Shown in pieces: positions 39,035 to 49,498 of a stretch of 64,000 nucleotides of DNA (positions are counted from its first letter, which is position 1; each line of letters starts with the position of its first letter). The translations under genes were made by a program, and so were the position numbers. The notes below the pieces were generated by a model. The model saw nothing but the letters and a program-made list of their open reading frames with translations, did not search any database and had not been told where the DNA came from. The DNA is from Candidatus Kuenenia stuttgartensis. Its GTDB lineage: Bacteria; Planctomycetota; Planctomycetia; Pirellulales; UBA1268. Location: the NCBI GenBank assembly GCA_945870505.1, contig CAMBSN010000002.1:10366-74365 (forward strand), read 5' to 3'.

Positions 39035-40267
39035 ATGGGCGATCTCGACCGGTTTCGCGGACTCCTCGGCGTGGCCGTCATCCTCGGCGCCGCCTGGCTC
39101 TTCTCAGAGAACCGCCGCAAGATCTCGCCGCGGATGGTGATCGGCGGGCTGGCGATGCAGTGCGTGCTCGGATTCGTCCTTCTGCGATCGGCAACGGGCC
39201 AGCAGGTTCTCGAGTCGGCGGCGAAATGGGTCGATACGGTGCTTGCCTGCTCCGATGCGGGCGCGAGGTTCGTGTTTGGTGACAAACTCGCCGATCCGGC
39301 GGGGCCCACGGGCTTCGTATTCGCCTTCCGCGTGCTGCCCACGATCGTGTTCGTGGCGGCGCTCTTCGCGGTGCTCTACCACCTCGGGATCATGCAGGTG
39401 GTGGTGCGGGCGTTTGCCTGGGTGACCGCGAAGATCCTTGGGTCGAGCGGCGCCGAGACGCTCAACGCCGCCGCCTCGATCTTTCTCGGCCAGACGGAGG
39501 CACCGCTCGTCATCCGCCCCTATCTGCCGCGGCTCACGCGGTCCGAGCTCGCCGTGGTGATGGTCAGCGGGATGGGGCTTGTGTCGGGGGGTATCCTTGG
39601 GGCGTACAAGGCCGCCGGCTGCGATCTCCGCGACCTACTCACCGCGATCCTGATGAGTTTTCCGGCCACGATCTTCCTCACGAAGATGTTCGTGCCGGAG
39701 ATGGGTGATCCGGAGACACTCGGCACGCTCAAAGTCTCGAACGAGCGGATCGACTCCAACGTCCTCGACGCGGCGGCCCGCGGCACCCGCGAGGGAATGA
39801 TGCTCGCCGCGAACGTGGGCGCGGTCCTGATCTCGTTCATCGCGCTGGTGGCGCTCGCGAACCTCGCGCTCGGCTGGCTCGGCGGCCTCTTCGGCCGGCC
39901 AGACCTGTCGCTCCAGTGGCTGCTCTCGCTCGTGTTCTCACCGTTCGCCTGGCTGATCGGCGTGCCGTCGCAAGACTGCCAGACGATCGGCGGCCTGCTC
40001 GGCACGCGGACGGTGCTCAACGAGATGATCGCCTACTTCGATCTCGGAAAGTTGAAGGACACCCTCACGCCCAAGGCCTTCTCGCTGGCGACGATCGCGA
40101 TGTGTAGCTTCGCCAACATCTCGAGCATCGGCATCCAGCTCGGCGGCATTGGCGCCCTGATTCCCGAGCGGCGGAGCGACCTTGCCCAGCTCGGCGTGAA
40201 GATGCTCGTGATCAGCACCCTGGCCAACGCTCTCTCGGCCGCGATTGCCGGCGTGATCATGCCCTGA
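39035..40267 (+). CDS. nupC: NupC-family (CNT) nucleoside transporter
   Basis: About 410 aa and polytopic. Contains FVFG, FLGQTEAPL and NEM.AY, typical of concentrative nucleoside transporters. It lies adjacent to deoA. Confidence 0.9.
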   Translation: MGDLDRFRGLLGVAVILGAAWLFSENRRKISPRMVIGGLAMQCVLGFVLLRSATGQQVLESAAKWVDTVLACSDAGARFVFGDKLADPAGPTGFVFAFRVLPTIVFVAALFAVLYHLGIMQVVVRAFAWVTAKILGSSGAETLNAAASIFLGQTEAPLVIRPYLPRLTRSELAVVMVSGMGLVSGGILGAYKAAGCDLRDLLTAILMSFPATIFLTKMFVPEMGDPETLGTLKVSNERIDSNVLDAAARGTREGMMLAANVGAVLISFIALVALANLALGWLGGLFGRPDLSLQWLLSLVFSPFAWLIGVPSQDCQTIGGLLGTRTVLNEMIAYFDLGKLKDTLTPKAFSLATIAMCSFANISSIGIQLGGIGALIPERRSDLAQLGVKMLVISTLANALSAAIAGVIMP

Positions 40268-40273
40268 TGGGCG

Positions 40274-41827
40274 TCAGCCGGTGAACAGGGTCGAGATCCA
40301 GTAGAGGCCGCCGGAGAGGGCCATCGCGACTGGTAGCGTGAGGATCCAGGCGGCGGCGATCTCGCGGACTGTCTCAGGCTGGATGCCCGACTTGTTGGCC
40401 CACATCGTGCCGGCCACGCCGCTGGAGAGCACGTGGGTGGTGCTCACCGGCATGCCGAGCGAGTCGGCCATGGCGATCGTCGATGCCGCGACCAATTCGG
40501 CCGCACCTCCCTGGGCGTAGGTGAGGTGCGTCTTGCCGATCTTCTCGCCGACGGTGACCACGATCCGCTCCCAGCCGAACATCGTGCCGATTCCGAGACA
40601 CAGGGCGACGCCCATCACCACCCATTCCGGGATGTATTCCACCGGCTTGGCCAGATCGCCGGCGAGGCCTTTGAGCACCTTGCGGCGGTCGTCGGAGAGC
40701 TTGTCGCCGAACTCGTGCAGCAGGGTGCGGACCGCGGCGCCGAGTTCGACGAGCTGGGTGCGGAGCGCCCAGCGGTCGTCGGCCGACATCCCGGAAAAAC
40801 TCTCCCGGCCGGCGAGGCTCTCCCGCACCTCCCGCGCCAGCGGCAGCGGGTCGAGCGTGGCCAGCACGATGTCGCCGCTCGGGAAGGGATTGAGCATGTC
40901 GTCCACCAGGTCAGACTCGTTGACGGCCGCGGCGGCCACGCCGGCTGGCCGGGCGATCCTCTCGACGCGGGCGGTGGCGATGTGCCGCTCCTTGAGGGCC
41001 GCCATCATCGTCGCCAGCTGTGGCTCGGTGAGCTGCTCCTCCAGTTTCTGGGCCGCGGCCGCCGTGGCGGCGATCCCCTGCGATGACGTGCCCATGTTGA
41101 GCGCGAAGGCGGCAGGCACGATGCCTATGAGCACCAGCATGATCAGGCCCATCCCCTTCTGGCCATCATTGGAGCCGTGGGCGAAACTCACGCCGGTGCA
41201 GGTTCCCACGAGCAGCGCCCGGATCCACCACGGCGGCGGCTGGTCGCCGTGTGGAGGCTCGTAGAGTTCCTTGGCGGGAATGAGCCGCTTGGCGACGAGC
41301 AGCAGGGCCGCCGCCAGGCCGAAGCCGATCACCGGGGAGATCAAGAGCGCCAGTCCCACCTCCGATGCCTTATGCCAGTTGATCCCCTTGAAGACGGAGC
41401 CCTGCTCCATCCAGGCGTTCATCATGCCCACCCCCATGATCGACCCGATCAGCGAGTGGGAGCTCGAGGCTGGTAGGCCGCGATACCAGGTGGCGAAGTT
41501 CCAGATGATCGCGGCGCCCAGGAGGGAGAGCACCATCGCCAGTCCGCGGCCGGTCTTGATGTTGACCAGCAGATCGACGGGGAGCAGGTGGACGATGCTG
41601 AAGGCGACGCCGATACCCCCGGCGTGGACGCCGATGAAGTTCCAGAGGCCCGACCAGATGACGGCCGGCGTCGGCTTCAGGCTCTTGGTGTAGATGACCG
41701 TCGCCACCGCGTTGGCGGTGTCGTGGAATCCGTTGATGCACTCGAAGCCGAAGGCGATCACGAGCGCCACGAGGAGGAGCAGCGTCTGCGGGATCGACAG
41801 CGATGAGAGGGACTCGAGAATCTCCAC
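40274..41827 (-). CDS. PiT-family inorganic phosphate transporter
   Basis: Contains the duplicated PiT signatures GFHDTANAVATV and FAHGSNDGQKG, plus VSTTHVLSSGVAG. There is a long central cytoplasmic loop. Confidence 0.9.
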   Translation of the reverse strand: MEILESLSSLSIPQTLLLLVALVIAFGFECINGFHDTANAVATVIYTKSLKPTPAVIWSGLWNFIGVHAGGIGVAFSIVHLLPVDLLVNIKTGRGLAMVLSLLGAAIIWNFATWYRGLPASSSHSLIGSIMGVGMMNAWMEQGSVFKGINWHKASEVGLALLISPVIGFGLAAALLLVAKRLIPAKELYEPPHGDQPPPWWIRALLVGTCTGVSFAHGSNDGQKGMGLIMLVLIGIVPAAFALNMGTSSQGIAATAAAAQKLEEQLTEPQLATMMAALKERHIATARVERIARPAGVAAAAVNESDLVDDMLNPFPSGDIVLATLDPLPLAREVRESLAGRESFSGMSADDRWALRTQLVELGAAVRTLLHEFGDKLSDDRRKVLKGLAGDLAKPVEYIPEWVVMGVALCLGIGTMFGWERIVVTVGEKIGKTHLTYAQGGAAELVAASTIAMADSLGMPVSTTHVLSSGVAGTMWANKSGIQPETVREIAAAWILTLPVAMALSGGLYWISTLFTG

Positions 41828-42000
41828 GGCCGATCGCTCCAGGGGGGTGCCGCGCCGAACCAGCGGCCGCGGGCCAGCGTCACCCTAAGGGCCAGGGGGT
41901 GCACGAACAACCGTTTTGACGTGTTTGAATACAATTCTCACAATTCGACCGAACCACTCAGAGGCCAGAAGCGTAGATTCAACGCGGAGGAGGACTGCGC

Positions 42001-42762
42001 ATGGCACGTGGAGACCGCCTGGAAGTCGAGCACCGGATCGTTGGCTCGACCGTCACCTACCTGCACCACGGCGTCGATCTCGGCGACGGCACGATCGTGC
42101 ACGCCCGGCCGCACGACTTCCGCAACCCGTTCGGCGGCGGCCGCGTGGTGCGGACGACCCTGACGGAGTTTGCCGAGGGCCGCGGTGTCCGCCTGCGGAA
42201 CGAGCCGGCCGCCGCGTTTTCTCCCGACGAGATCGCCGATCGGGCGCTGGCCCACGTGGGCCGCGACGGCTACGACCCCGTGATCGACAACTGCGAGCAT
42301 TTTGCGAACTGGTGCGCGACCAGCAGTCGCACGAGCCGGCAGGTCGACATCGTGATGGGGCGGGTCGCCGCGGGCGTGTCGCGGGCCGCGGCCGCGATCT
42401 CGGCGCGGGCCGCCGTGGGCACGGCCGAGCGGGTGGCCATTCGCACGGCGCTGGGCACGACCGTTCGCGTCGGCCTCAAGACGATGCTGCCAGCGGCGAT
42501 CGTCGGCGAGGCCGCGGCACTTGCCGCGGAGTGGACCGCGCATCAGCGCGGGGCCAGCGAGCAGCAGAGCCGCAAGGCTGGCGAAGCGGCCGGACTGACG
42601 GCCACGAGCCTCGCCTTCGCCGCCGGTGGCGCGGCGGCGGGGCCGGCTGGCGTGTTGGCCGGCGCGGTGGCCGGCGCCACGATGTGGCTGGCTGGTTCGG
42701 CCACGGCTGCGGCGGCCACTGGCGCGGCGCGGCACATCACCAAGCGGCTTGCCCGTGGCTAG
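42001..42762 (+). CDS. LRAT/H-rev107-like (NlpC/P60 superfamily) domain protein with an Ala/Gly-rich C-terminal membrane region
   Basis: HHGVDLGDGTIVHA (His box) and NCEHFANWC (catalytic Cys motif NCEHF) are LRAT-family signatures. A strong SD GGAGGAGG (41986..41993) lies 7 nt upstream of the ATG. Confidence 0.8.
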   Translation: MARGDRLEVEHRIVGSTVTYLHHGVDLGDGTIVHARPHDFRNPFGGGRVVRTTLTEFAEGRGVRLRNEPAAAFSPDEIADRALAHVGRDGYDPVIDNCEHFANWCATSSRTSRQVDIVMGRVAAGVSRAAAAISARAAVGTAERVAIRTALGTTVRVGLKTMLPAAIVGEAAALAAEWTAHQRGASEQQSRKAGEAAGLTATSLAFAAGGAAAGPAGVLAGAVAGATMWLAGSATAAAATGAARHITKRLARG

Positions 42763-43705
42763 GGCGTCAGCTTCCGGTCCTGCCGGTGCGCCGCCAAGGG
42801 CCGACGTAGCGTTGCTCACCGAGCGCCGCTACGCCGCCGATTCGGCGGCCGCCGACGACTGGTACCTCGGCAACATCCTCCGCGACGACGACCTGCTCAT
42901 CGGGGCACTTGCACGGCGGGGCCTATCGGCAGTCCGCGTCGACTGGGCTCGTGACGACGTGGACTGGTCGGCGTTTCGCACGGCGGTGTTTCGCACCACC
43001 TGGGACTACTTCGACCGCTTCGCCGAGTTCATGGCATGGCTCGAGCGGGTGGAGTCGCTGACGCGGCTGTGCAACTCGGCCGCGCTCGTTCGCTGGAACC
43101 TCGACAAGCACTATCTTCGCGACCTCGCCGCCCGGGGCGTGCCCGTCGTGCCGTCGCGGTTTCTGGAGCGCGGCCAGCCGTCATCACTCGCCGACCTGCT
43201 CGGTGAGACGGGCTGGTCGGAGGCGGTCATCAAGCCGTGCGTGTCGGGGGCGGCGCGTCATACCTACCGGGTGGATCGTGCAACGGCCGCAGCGGTGCAG
43301 CGGCTGCTCGACCCGCTGCTCGCCTGCGAGTCGTTTCTGCTTCAGCCGTTCGTCGCCGACGTCGTGACCACCGGCGAGGACACGCTCGTTGCGATTGCCG
43401 GCCGTGTGACCCACGGCCTGCGGAAGCGGGCCAAGCCGGGTGACTTCCGGGTGCAGGACGACCACGGCGGCACCGTTCACCATCTGGAGCCGTCTGTCGA
43501 GCAGGTGGAGTTTGCCGAGCGGGCGCTGGCGGCCTGCGATGAGATGCCTGCCTACGGCCGCGTGGACCTGGTCCGCCTCGACGACGGCAGCCTCGCCGTG
43601 ATGGAACTCGAACTCGTCGAGCCGGAGCTCTGGCTGCGGCTCTATCCGCCCGCGGCGGACGCGATGGCCGCGGCCATCGCAGCCGTCACCTCAGCCGACA
43701 CGTAA
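42755..43705 (+). CDS. ATP-grasp domain protein (RimK/glutathione-synthetase-like ligase)
   Basis: Contains NLDKHYLRDLAARGVPVVPS, VIKPCVSGAARHTYRV and RVDLVRLDDGSLAVMELELVEP, the ATP-grasp layout. The start is uncertain (GTG 42755, TTG 42812 or ATG 42626). It overlaps or abuts the LRAT-like gene. Confidence 0.7.
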   Translation: MARASASGPAGAPPRADVALLTERRYAADSAAADDWYLGNILRDDDLLIGALARRGLSAVRVDWARDDVDWSAFRTAVFRTTWDYFDRFAEFMAWLERVESLTRLCNSAALVRWNLDKHYLRDLAARGVPVVPSRFLERGQPSSLADLLGETGWSEAVIKPCVSGAARHTYRVDRATAAAVQRLLDPLLACESFLLQPFVADVVTTGEDTLVAIAGRVTHGLRKRAKPGDFRVQDDHGGTVHHLEPSVEQVEFAERALAACDEMPAYGRVDLVRLDDGSLAVMELELVEPELWLRLYPPAADAMAAAIAAVTSADT

Positions 43706-43709
43706 ATGG

Positions 43710-44720
43710 TCAGGGCGCTGCGGCGATCTCGCCGCCCGACCGGCTCACCATGGCCTGGAGCAGGTCGGCCGAAATGTCCTCGGCCATGCCGCGAACACTG
43801 CCGTCGCCGGCCAGAGCCTGAAACACGTTGCCGCCCAGCCGCGACCGCGGCTTGAGGGAGGTTTCCAGGGGCGACTGCCCGAGCCCCGCACCAAATCCCG
43901 TGTAGCGACCGACGTCGCAGACGTAGGGCCAGGAGTAGCGCGGCAGAGTCCAGGTGGCGCCGTCATCGGTCGTGTAGTCGTTGCACTCGGCAACCAGCAG
44001 CGTGTGCGACAGGCCGTCGGTGACCTCGCGTAGCCGCGTCGGCTTCTGCCTGAGGGATGTCGTGTAGATGCCCTTGTCCTCGAGCCAGCCCAATCCTTCG
44101 GGCACGAGCACGCCATTGAAGGCGGTCGGTGTCGGAGCCGAGCCGTAGAACCACCCGTCGAGCCGCCGTGCCGGATCGGGCTGCGCCGGCCCGGGGCCGA
44201 GCAGGGCCGCAAAGTCAAGGCCACCAGGAGCGCGCGAACACGAGTTGTAGACCCAGATCGTGGCGGCCACGATGCTGTCTTCCTGCGTTTCCGGCGGGCA
44301 CGCCAGGCAGTAGGCCTCGTACAGCGCCGCCAAGGCGCCCTCCTCGATGTAGGGCAGGATGGTGATGGCCCACGACTGCGGCCGGATGTAGTCGATGCCA
44401 TCGACCGGCCTGTCATCAAGATGAGACGTCGTCCCCGGCCGTGGCCTGCCCGAGGCGAAGGGAAAGGCCCCTTTGGCATCGGTGTAGCACGAGAGGGCGA
44501 TGCCGACCTGCCGCAGGTTGCTTTGGCACTGAGCGCGGGCGGCCGCCTGCCGGGCCTGCTGCACGGCCGGTAGCACGAGCCCGATGAGGGTGGCGATGAT
44601 CGCGATCACCACCAGCAGCTCCACGAGGGTAAAGCCAGCGAGCGGACCACCCCGCAGCCAAAACGACTCACCGTCGGGCCGGTTCGTCGGATCTGCGTCG
44701 GTGGGGACGGCGTGTTTCAT
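43710..44720 (-). CDS. DUF1559 protein with a prepilin-type N-terminal cleavage/methylation domain
   Basis: Contains [48 protein letters not shown] and a C-terminal ...ALAGDGSVR. This is the abundant planctomycete pseudopilin-like family. The start was chosen at MKHAV. Confidence 0.85.
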   Translation of the reverse strand: MKHAVPTDADPTNRPDGESFWLRGGPLAGFTLVELLVVIAIIATLIGLVLPAVQQARQAAARAQCQSNLRQVGIALSCYTDAKGAFPFASGRPRPGTTSHLDDRPVDGIDYIRPQSWAITILPYIEEGALAALYEAYCLACPPETQEDSIVAATIWVYNSCSRAPGGLDFAALLGPGPAQPDPARRLDGWFYGSAPTPTAFNGVLVPEGLGWLEDKGIYTTSLRQKPTRLREVTDGLSHTLLVAECNDYTTDDGATWTLPRYSWPYVCDVGRYTGFGAGLGQSPLETSLKPRSRLGGNVFQALAGDGSVRGMAEDISADLLQAMVSRSGGEIAAAP

Positions 44721-44770
44721 CGTGCGAGATCCATCATCGAGACTGCGTGGAGTGCCCATCGCCGCGAGGT

Positions 44771-47602
44771 CTAGAACGTGCGGACCTGTGTCTGCGGCTT
44801 GTTGTCGAGACCGATCGACGAGAAAGCAACCTCGCGACCAGCCTGCCAGGCGGCGATCACCGGCTTTGCCTGCCCGCCCAGCATGCTCTGGTAGGTCGAG
44901 GCGATCTGCACAGCGCCGCGCCGCGTTCCGAAGGGCCGGAACGTCGCGATCGGCATGGCGGGCATGTCCTCGTCGCTCGTCATCTCGTCGCTCGTCATCT
45001 CCATGGCCGCCATGCTGCCCATGGCCTTCCCCATGGCCTTCTGCTCCAGCATGCTGCCGTGGCTCGATGGGCTGATATCGGCCATGTTCCAGACCTTCAC
45101 GACGCCGGCTCGCTGGCCCGACTCCGCGGAGGTGATCAGGTTGGGCAGGTAGCTCGGCACCGACGACGGCGCCACATATCCGGCCGCCACCTGCACGCCC
45201 CCCATGTCGTCCGGGTTTCCGGCCACAAAGGTGAAGCACTTCTCCGGGTCAGCCACACCATCCACGATGTCGCGACCGTCGAGGGCCGTGACGATCGGCT
45301 CCCGGCCCGACCGAGCCGAGACGATGATGTCGTCGTAGTTGTCGCCATTGACGTCGGCAACCGACACGTTCACGCCATTCGGGAACGTGCCGGGTAGGAC
45401 GTTCCGGAACGTCCGAATCATGTTCCCCTGGGGATCGAAGAGGCGGACGACCGCAGGGCCATTCGCGCGGGAGCCGGCCACGATCCGCACCGCACCATTG
45501 GAGCTCACGCCGCCCACGGCCAGGCTCACGCCGCCCGTCTTGCGGAGATTGCCCGTGAACGCCTTGAACGCAGCCGTTTGGGTAGTTGAGCCGTTCTCGT
45601 AGACCTTCACTCGCGTGGCCTTGGCGCCGGTGCCAAAGGCCATCGTCTCCTTGGTGACGTTGGTCTTCCAATAAGCGTTGATCTCATCGGCTGTGGTGGG
45701 AAGCGGGTTTGGCAACTCAGCGGGAGTGGTCGAGGTGCCGATGCCGGACGCGGTCACCACCGGGCCCCTGTAGTTAGGAAATGCCTGAATGGTCGCCACC
45801 TCATTGCCTTTCCCGTTGAGCACCTGCGTCGATGGGGCATCGGTGCCCAGGCCCAGTCGCAGGCCCTCGGTGGCGCCGAACTGGAGCACCGGCGACATCA
45901 TCCCCTCGTCTTCATGCTCGAGGATGTGGCAGTGGAAGACGTACTTGCCCGGGAAGTCAAACACCCGGAATCGAATGGTCACACTGCCGAAGGCCGGCAC
46001 CATGATCACGTCCAGCGGCGACACGTAGTTGGCGGCATTCGCATTGGGAAACTTCTTGTCGGGCTCGATCGGGAAGCCGTTGATCTTCGTGACGACGAAC
46101 ACACCCTGGTGGATGTGGAAGGGATGGTTGAGCGGGCCGGCGTTGAGGATGGTCCATTCCTCGATCGTGCCGATCTCGAGTTGCGGCATGACACCCTCGC
46201 CGAACTTCTTGCCGTTGACGTAGAAGTTGTCGATGTTGATGACCCCGCCCTCCTCCACCTGAGGCAGCTGCTCCAGTGTGAACGTTCGCTGGAAGTCAGG
46301 CGTCGCGCTCCAGAGCGGGTCTTCATCCTGAGCGGCAAACTCCGGTACCGCGGTGGTGACGGCATCCCCTTCCACGACGAGGGTGGCCAGCACGTAGTAG
46401 TAGCCTTCGCCGTCTGCGTTGACTCGCGCCTCTTCGCCGCCCCATCCATCCATGAAGTAGTAGGTGCCCGGGGTCGTGGGGGCGGTGACCGCCAACGACA
46501 TCCGGTTGCCTGGGCTGAGCACGGTCAGGGCGGAGATGTCGTTCATCCGCAGTTCGTCGGGTCCGAGCGTCACGTTGTACGGGTGGACGAACGCGCTGTT
46601 TCCGTCCCGGGAAAGAATCGTGGCATTCCAAGGGTTTTGCAGATTGTCGTCGGCGATGACGAAGTTCGTGGCGCCGCGGGCCCCAAACTGGCCCATGTTC
46701 CAGACCTGCGTCTCACCGGGGCGGACGCGGATGATCGGATTCATCTGGCCGTTGATCCGCTTCTGCCAGCCTTTGGTGTAGCCATCGCCGTAGTACGAAC
46801 TGCTGTCAGTGCCCGTCATCATTTTGTACTGGCCATCTGGGGTGATGTTCACCTCCGAGATGGTCATGTTCACCTGCTTGAGTTCGTCCTTGTACTGTGG
46901 CCACGGCTCAAGCGGATTGCCGACCATGATCATGCCGGCCAAACCGCCCTCAACCTGTAGCTTGGAAACCTCGTGCACGTGTGGGTGGATCCAGTTAGGC
47001 CCCACGGTGTTTTGGAAGGTGGAGATCGGGATGTTGACGTCCATGCTCTCGCCTGGCGCCAGTTGGACGTAGACATTATCTCCCTGCCCCTTGTCGTGTG
47101 CACGCGATCCGTGGTAGTGCAAGTTGGAGATGAAGGTTTTAAGCGATGGATCGTGGCCAACGGCAAGATTGTTCGTCAGGCGGAGCTTGAGCAAGTCGCC
47201 ACTGTTGATCTGCAGCATCGTGCCCGGAAAGCCCGCCGGGTACGACGTGCCGTAGGCGTCGAACTGATAGGCCATGGCGTAAGAGTTGTAGTCATGGTCA
47301 TCATCCGGGAGGCTGCTGTAGACGTCCTGGCCGCCGTAGAGGATCGGATTGGAGTCGAAGCCCGCCGTGACCATCTTCACGTTGGCCTCGAGCACGCCGT
47401 TTTGGCTCTTGATCACGTCCATCGGCCGCAGGTCTGCCTGCAGCGATTCATATCCCACGGGGAAAATGACGCTTTGCGCCGCCATCACCGTCCGCTGCTC
47501 GAGCTGCTCCAGATCAAACTGGCTCCGGGCCCGGCTGCGAGTGCGGCTGGCGTGCGAGCGGGAGGTGCGGGACGAGCGAAACCAAGTGCGGCGGATCATC
47601 AA
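44771..47602 (-). CDS. Multicopper oxidase fused to a C-terminal FG-GAP/VCBS-like region and a Met-rich tail
   Basis: Four copper motifs are present: LHYHG, WIHPHVH, HPFHIHQ and [13 protein letters not shown]. The C-terminal region has [15 protein letters not shown] (FG-GAP-like). The tail is [28 protein letters not shown]. The N-terminus is Arg/Ser-rich and ends in [12 protein letters not shown]. Confidence 0.85.
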   Translation of the reverse strand: MMIRRTWFRSSRTSRSHASRTRSRARSQFDLEQLEQRTVMAAQSVIFPVGYESLQADLRPMDVIKSQNGVLEANVKMVTAGFDSNPILYGGQDVYSSLPDDDHDYNSYAMAYQFDAYGTSYPAGFPGTMLQINSGDLLKLRLTNNLAVGHDPSLKTFISNLHYHGSRAHDKGQGDNVYVQLAPGESMDVNIPISTFQNTVGPNWIHPHVHEVSKLQVEGGLAGMIMVGNPLEPWPQYKDELKQVNMTISEVNITPDGQYKMMTGTDSSSYYGDGYTKGWQKRINGQMNPIIRVRPGETQVWNMGQFGARGATNFVIADDNLQNPWNATILSRDGNSAFVHPYNVTLGPDELRMNDISALTVLSPGNRMSLAVTAPTTPGTYYFMDGWGGEEARVNADGEGYYYVLATLVVEGDAVTTAVPEFAAQDEDPLWSATPDFQRTFTLEQLPQVEEGGVINIDNFYVNGKKFGEGVMPQLEIGTIEEWTILNAGPLNHPFHIHQGVFVVTKINGFPIEPDKKFPNANAANYVSPLDVIMVPAFGSVTIRFRVFDFPGKYVFHCHILEHEDEGMMSPVLQFGATEGLRLGLGTDAPSTQVLNGKGNEVATIQAFPNYRGPVVTASGIGTSTTPAELPNPLPTTADEINAYWKTNVTKETMAFGTGAKATRVKVYENGSTTQTAAFKAFTGNLRKTGGVSLAVGGVSSNGAVRIVAGSRANGPAVVRLFDPQGNMIRTFRNVLPGTFPNGVNVSVADVNGDNYDDIIVSARSGREPIVTALDGRDIVDGVADPEKCFTFVAGNPDDMGGVQVAAGYVAPSSVPSYLPNLITSAESGQRAGVVKVWNMADISPSSHGSMLEQKAMGKAMGSMAAMEMTSDEMTSDEDMPAMPIATFRPFGTRRGAVQIASTYQSMLGGQAKPVIAAWQAGREVAFSSIGLDNKPQTQVRTF

Positions 47603-47823
47603 AGCGATCTCCGGGGCGTGCTAGGCGGCAGATATTGGAAACACGAGCCCAATGGAAAAAACTAGTCATTAGGCTCTATTCGTCAGACGGCAACGTAAAG
47701 GTTCAGTGCGGGGGACGCAAGTTTTGGGCATGACGAATCTGCGGATTCGGCCGACTGCGGGGAAATCGGCCGAAAATCAGCTGCAAGGGCCGAAAAGAGC
47801 GTCTTTGGGCAGCGTGGCCGCGA

Positions 47824-49104
47824 TCAGCGATCCGACGCAGGGGCGATGGCCGGGGGCGGGGCGGGCACCAGTTCGTCCGGGTCGAGGTCGGGCGGGGCGT
47901 GCAGCCAGTCGGCCGACCCACGGCCGAGTTCGTAGCCGTGGTGGTAGAGCGTGTTCATTCGTGGCCGGTCGAAGTTGAGGCCGTCAAAATCGAGCGGATA
48001 GTCGTCCGGAATGCAGCGGAGGTTGAACTCCACTCCGTAGCGGTTCGCGAGCACGTACATGCGGTAGAGACTCGCGGCGGCGGTGATCTTGAAGAGTTTT
48101 CCGATCGTCGCCTCCGCGATCGCCAGTGTCATGGGCTTGATCGCCGCATAGCCGGGGCGGTCGTCGGCGCGGCCATTGCGGATCACGAACAGCCGGGCCT
48201 TGACTTCGCCGCGTGCCAGTCCGGCTCCCTCGAGCGCGTCTTCGACGTCGAGCATGAACCCGCGGAGGAACACCTGCGCCTCCGCGCCGCCATCGGAGTG
48301 CATCTCGTAGTAGGTCGTGCCGTCGATGTCGACGTCGAAGTAGACCGGCGGAAAGACCACCGGCACCGAGGCGGAGGCGACGAGCACGTCAATGTAGCGG
48401 CGGCGGGCGTCGGGGCGGCCGCTGGCGGCGATCGCGCCCATGTCCCAGATCGCAAACTCGTTGGCGTCCATGTTCGACGTGCCGATGAACAGCCGATGGC
48501 CCGCACGATGCTTCTTGGCCACGGCTGCAAGCACGTTGTCGTCGATCGCGCCCTCCAGCAGTCGTCGCAGGGGCGTGGAATCGAGGGTTCCGTCGGCGAA
48601 CAGGCTGACGAGCGTGGATCGCCTGCGGAAGATGTTGTCGTTGGTGGTCGTGGTGTAAAACCGCTTAAGCAGCGGGTCATAGTCGGAGCCGAGGAATGCC
48701 GGGGTCGCCTGCAAGGCGCCGGTCGAGATACCGGTGACCACCTTGAAGTCGGGCCGATCGCCCCGCTCGGTCCAGCCGCAGAGCATGCCCGCGCCGAAGG
48801 CCCCATACGACCCGCCGCCGGAGAGGGCCAGGAAGTCGTAGTGCAACTGGCCGTCGCTGCCGCGGTCTGCGGAGTCTTTGCTTCGCAAGGCCTCCGTGAT
48901 CGTCGTCTGCACTCCGGAGGGCGTGAGCGTGTCGACCGTCTCCAGATCGACCGATCCCCACGGGGTGCCATAGGCGGCGGCGTCGGGCGGTGGCGTGGGC
49001 CGACGGCTGCCGGCAAGATAGATCACTGCCATGCCGGCTGCCACGATGAGCACGGGGATCATGGCCCCGAGGATCAGCAGAGCGGCTGTGTGTTTCCAAC
49101 GCAT
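47824..49104 (-). CDS. Patatin-like phospholipase with an N-terminal TM anchor
   Basis: Contains the oxyanion motif LSGGGSYGAFGAG, the nucleophile motif G-I-S-T-G, and the Asp motif SDGGAE. Confidence 0.85.
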   Translation of the reverse strand: MRWKHTAALLILGAMIPVLIVAAGMAVIYLAGSRRPTPPPDAAAYGTPWGSVDLETVDTLTPSGVQTTITEALRSKDSADRGSDGQLHYDFLALSGGGSYGAFGAGMLCGWTERGDRPDFKVVTGISTGALQATPAFLGSDYDPLLKRFYTTTTNDNIFRRRSTLVSLFADGTLDSTPLRRLLEGAIDDNVLAAVAKKHRAGHRLFIGTSNMDANEFAIWDMGAIAASGRPDARRRYIDVLVASASVPVVFPPVYFDVDIDGTTYYEMHSDGGAEAQVFLRGFMLDVEDALEGAGLARGEVKARLFVIRNGRADDRPGYAAIKPMTLAIAEATIGKLFKITAAASLYRMYVLANRYGVEFNLRCIPDDYPLDFDGLNFDRPRMNTLYHHGYELGRGSADWLHAPPDLDPDELVPAPPPAIAPASDR

Positions 49105-49211
49105 GCGAGGAGGATAGGGCGTGTGAGACCGGCCCGTAAAGCGGCCAGGCCTTCTTCCGGGCTGCTATAGAGGCCGCTACCGACCAAGGACTGATGCGAG
49201 TCACGCTTGAC

Positions 49212-49498
49212 CCTGAGGCGTTCACGAGGCTCGGGGCTGCCCATGCCCGTCGCCGGACGCTCACTTCGGCCCTCCAGGCCTTCGCTCGCTCGATGCTTCC
49301 TCCGCTTCGCCATCGTGGCTGCGCGTCGGAAGCAACGCCGGCTCCCGGGCACGGGCAGCCCCTCGCGGCCTCTCGTAGCACAGGTTTTCAACCTGTGTGT
49401 CTTCCCGGTTCGCATTGGGCTCGGGTGTGATTCGGGTAGGGGGAGCAGCCGGATCGGCTGCGGTGGCGTGGCGATGTGCGAAATTCAAGTGTGACCCG
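49212..49498 (+). repeat. Family-A intergenic repeat, copy 3
   Basis: It has arms ggggctgcccatgccc (49233..49248) and gggcacgggcagcccc (49347..49362), the core ctcgtagcacaggttttcaacctgtgtgtcttccc (49371..49405), and the terminal motif tcaagtgtgacccgg. Confidence 0.85.
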
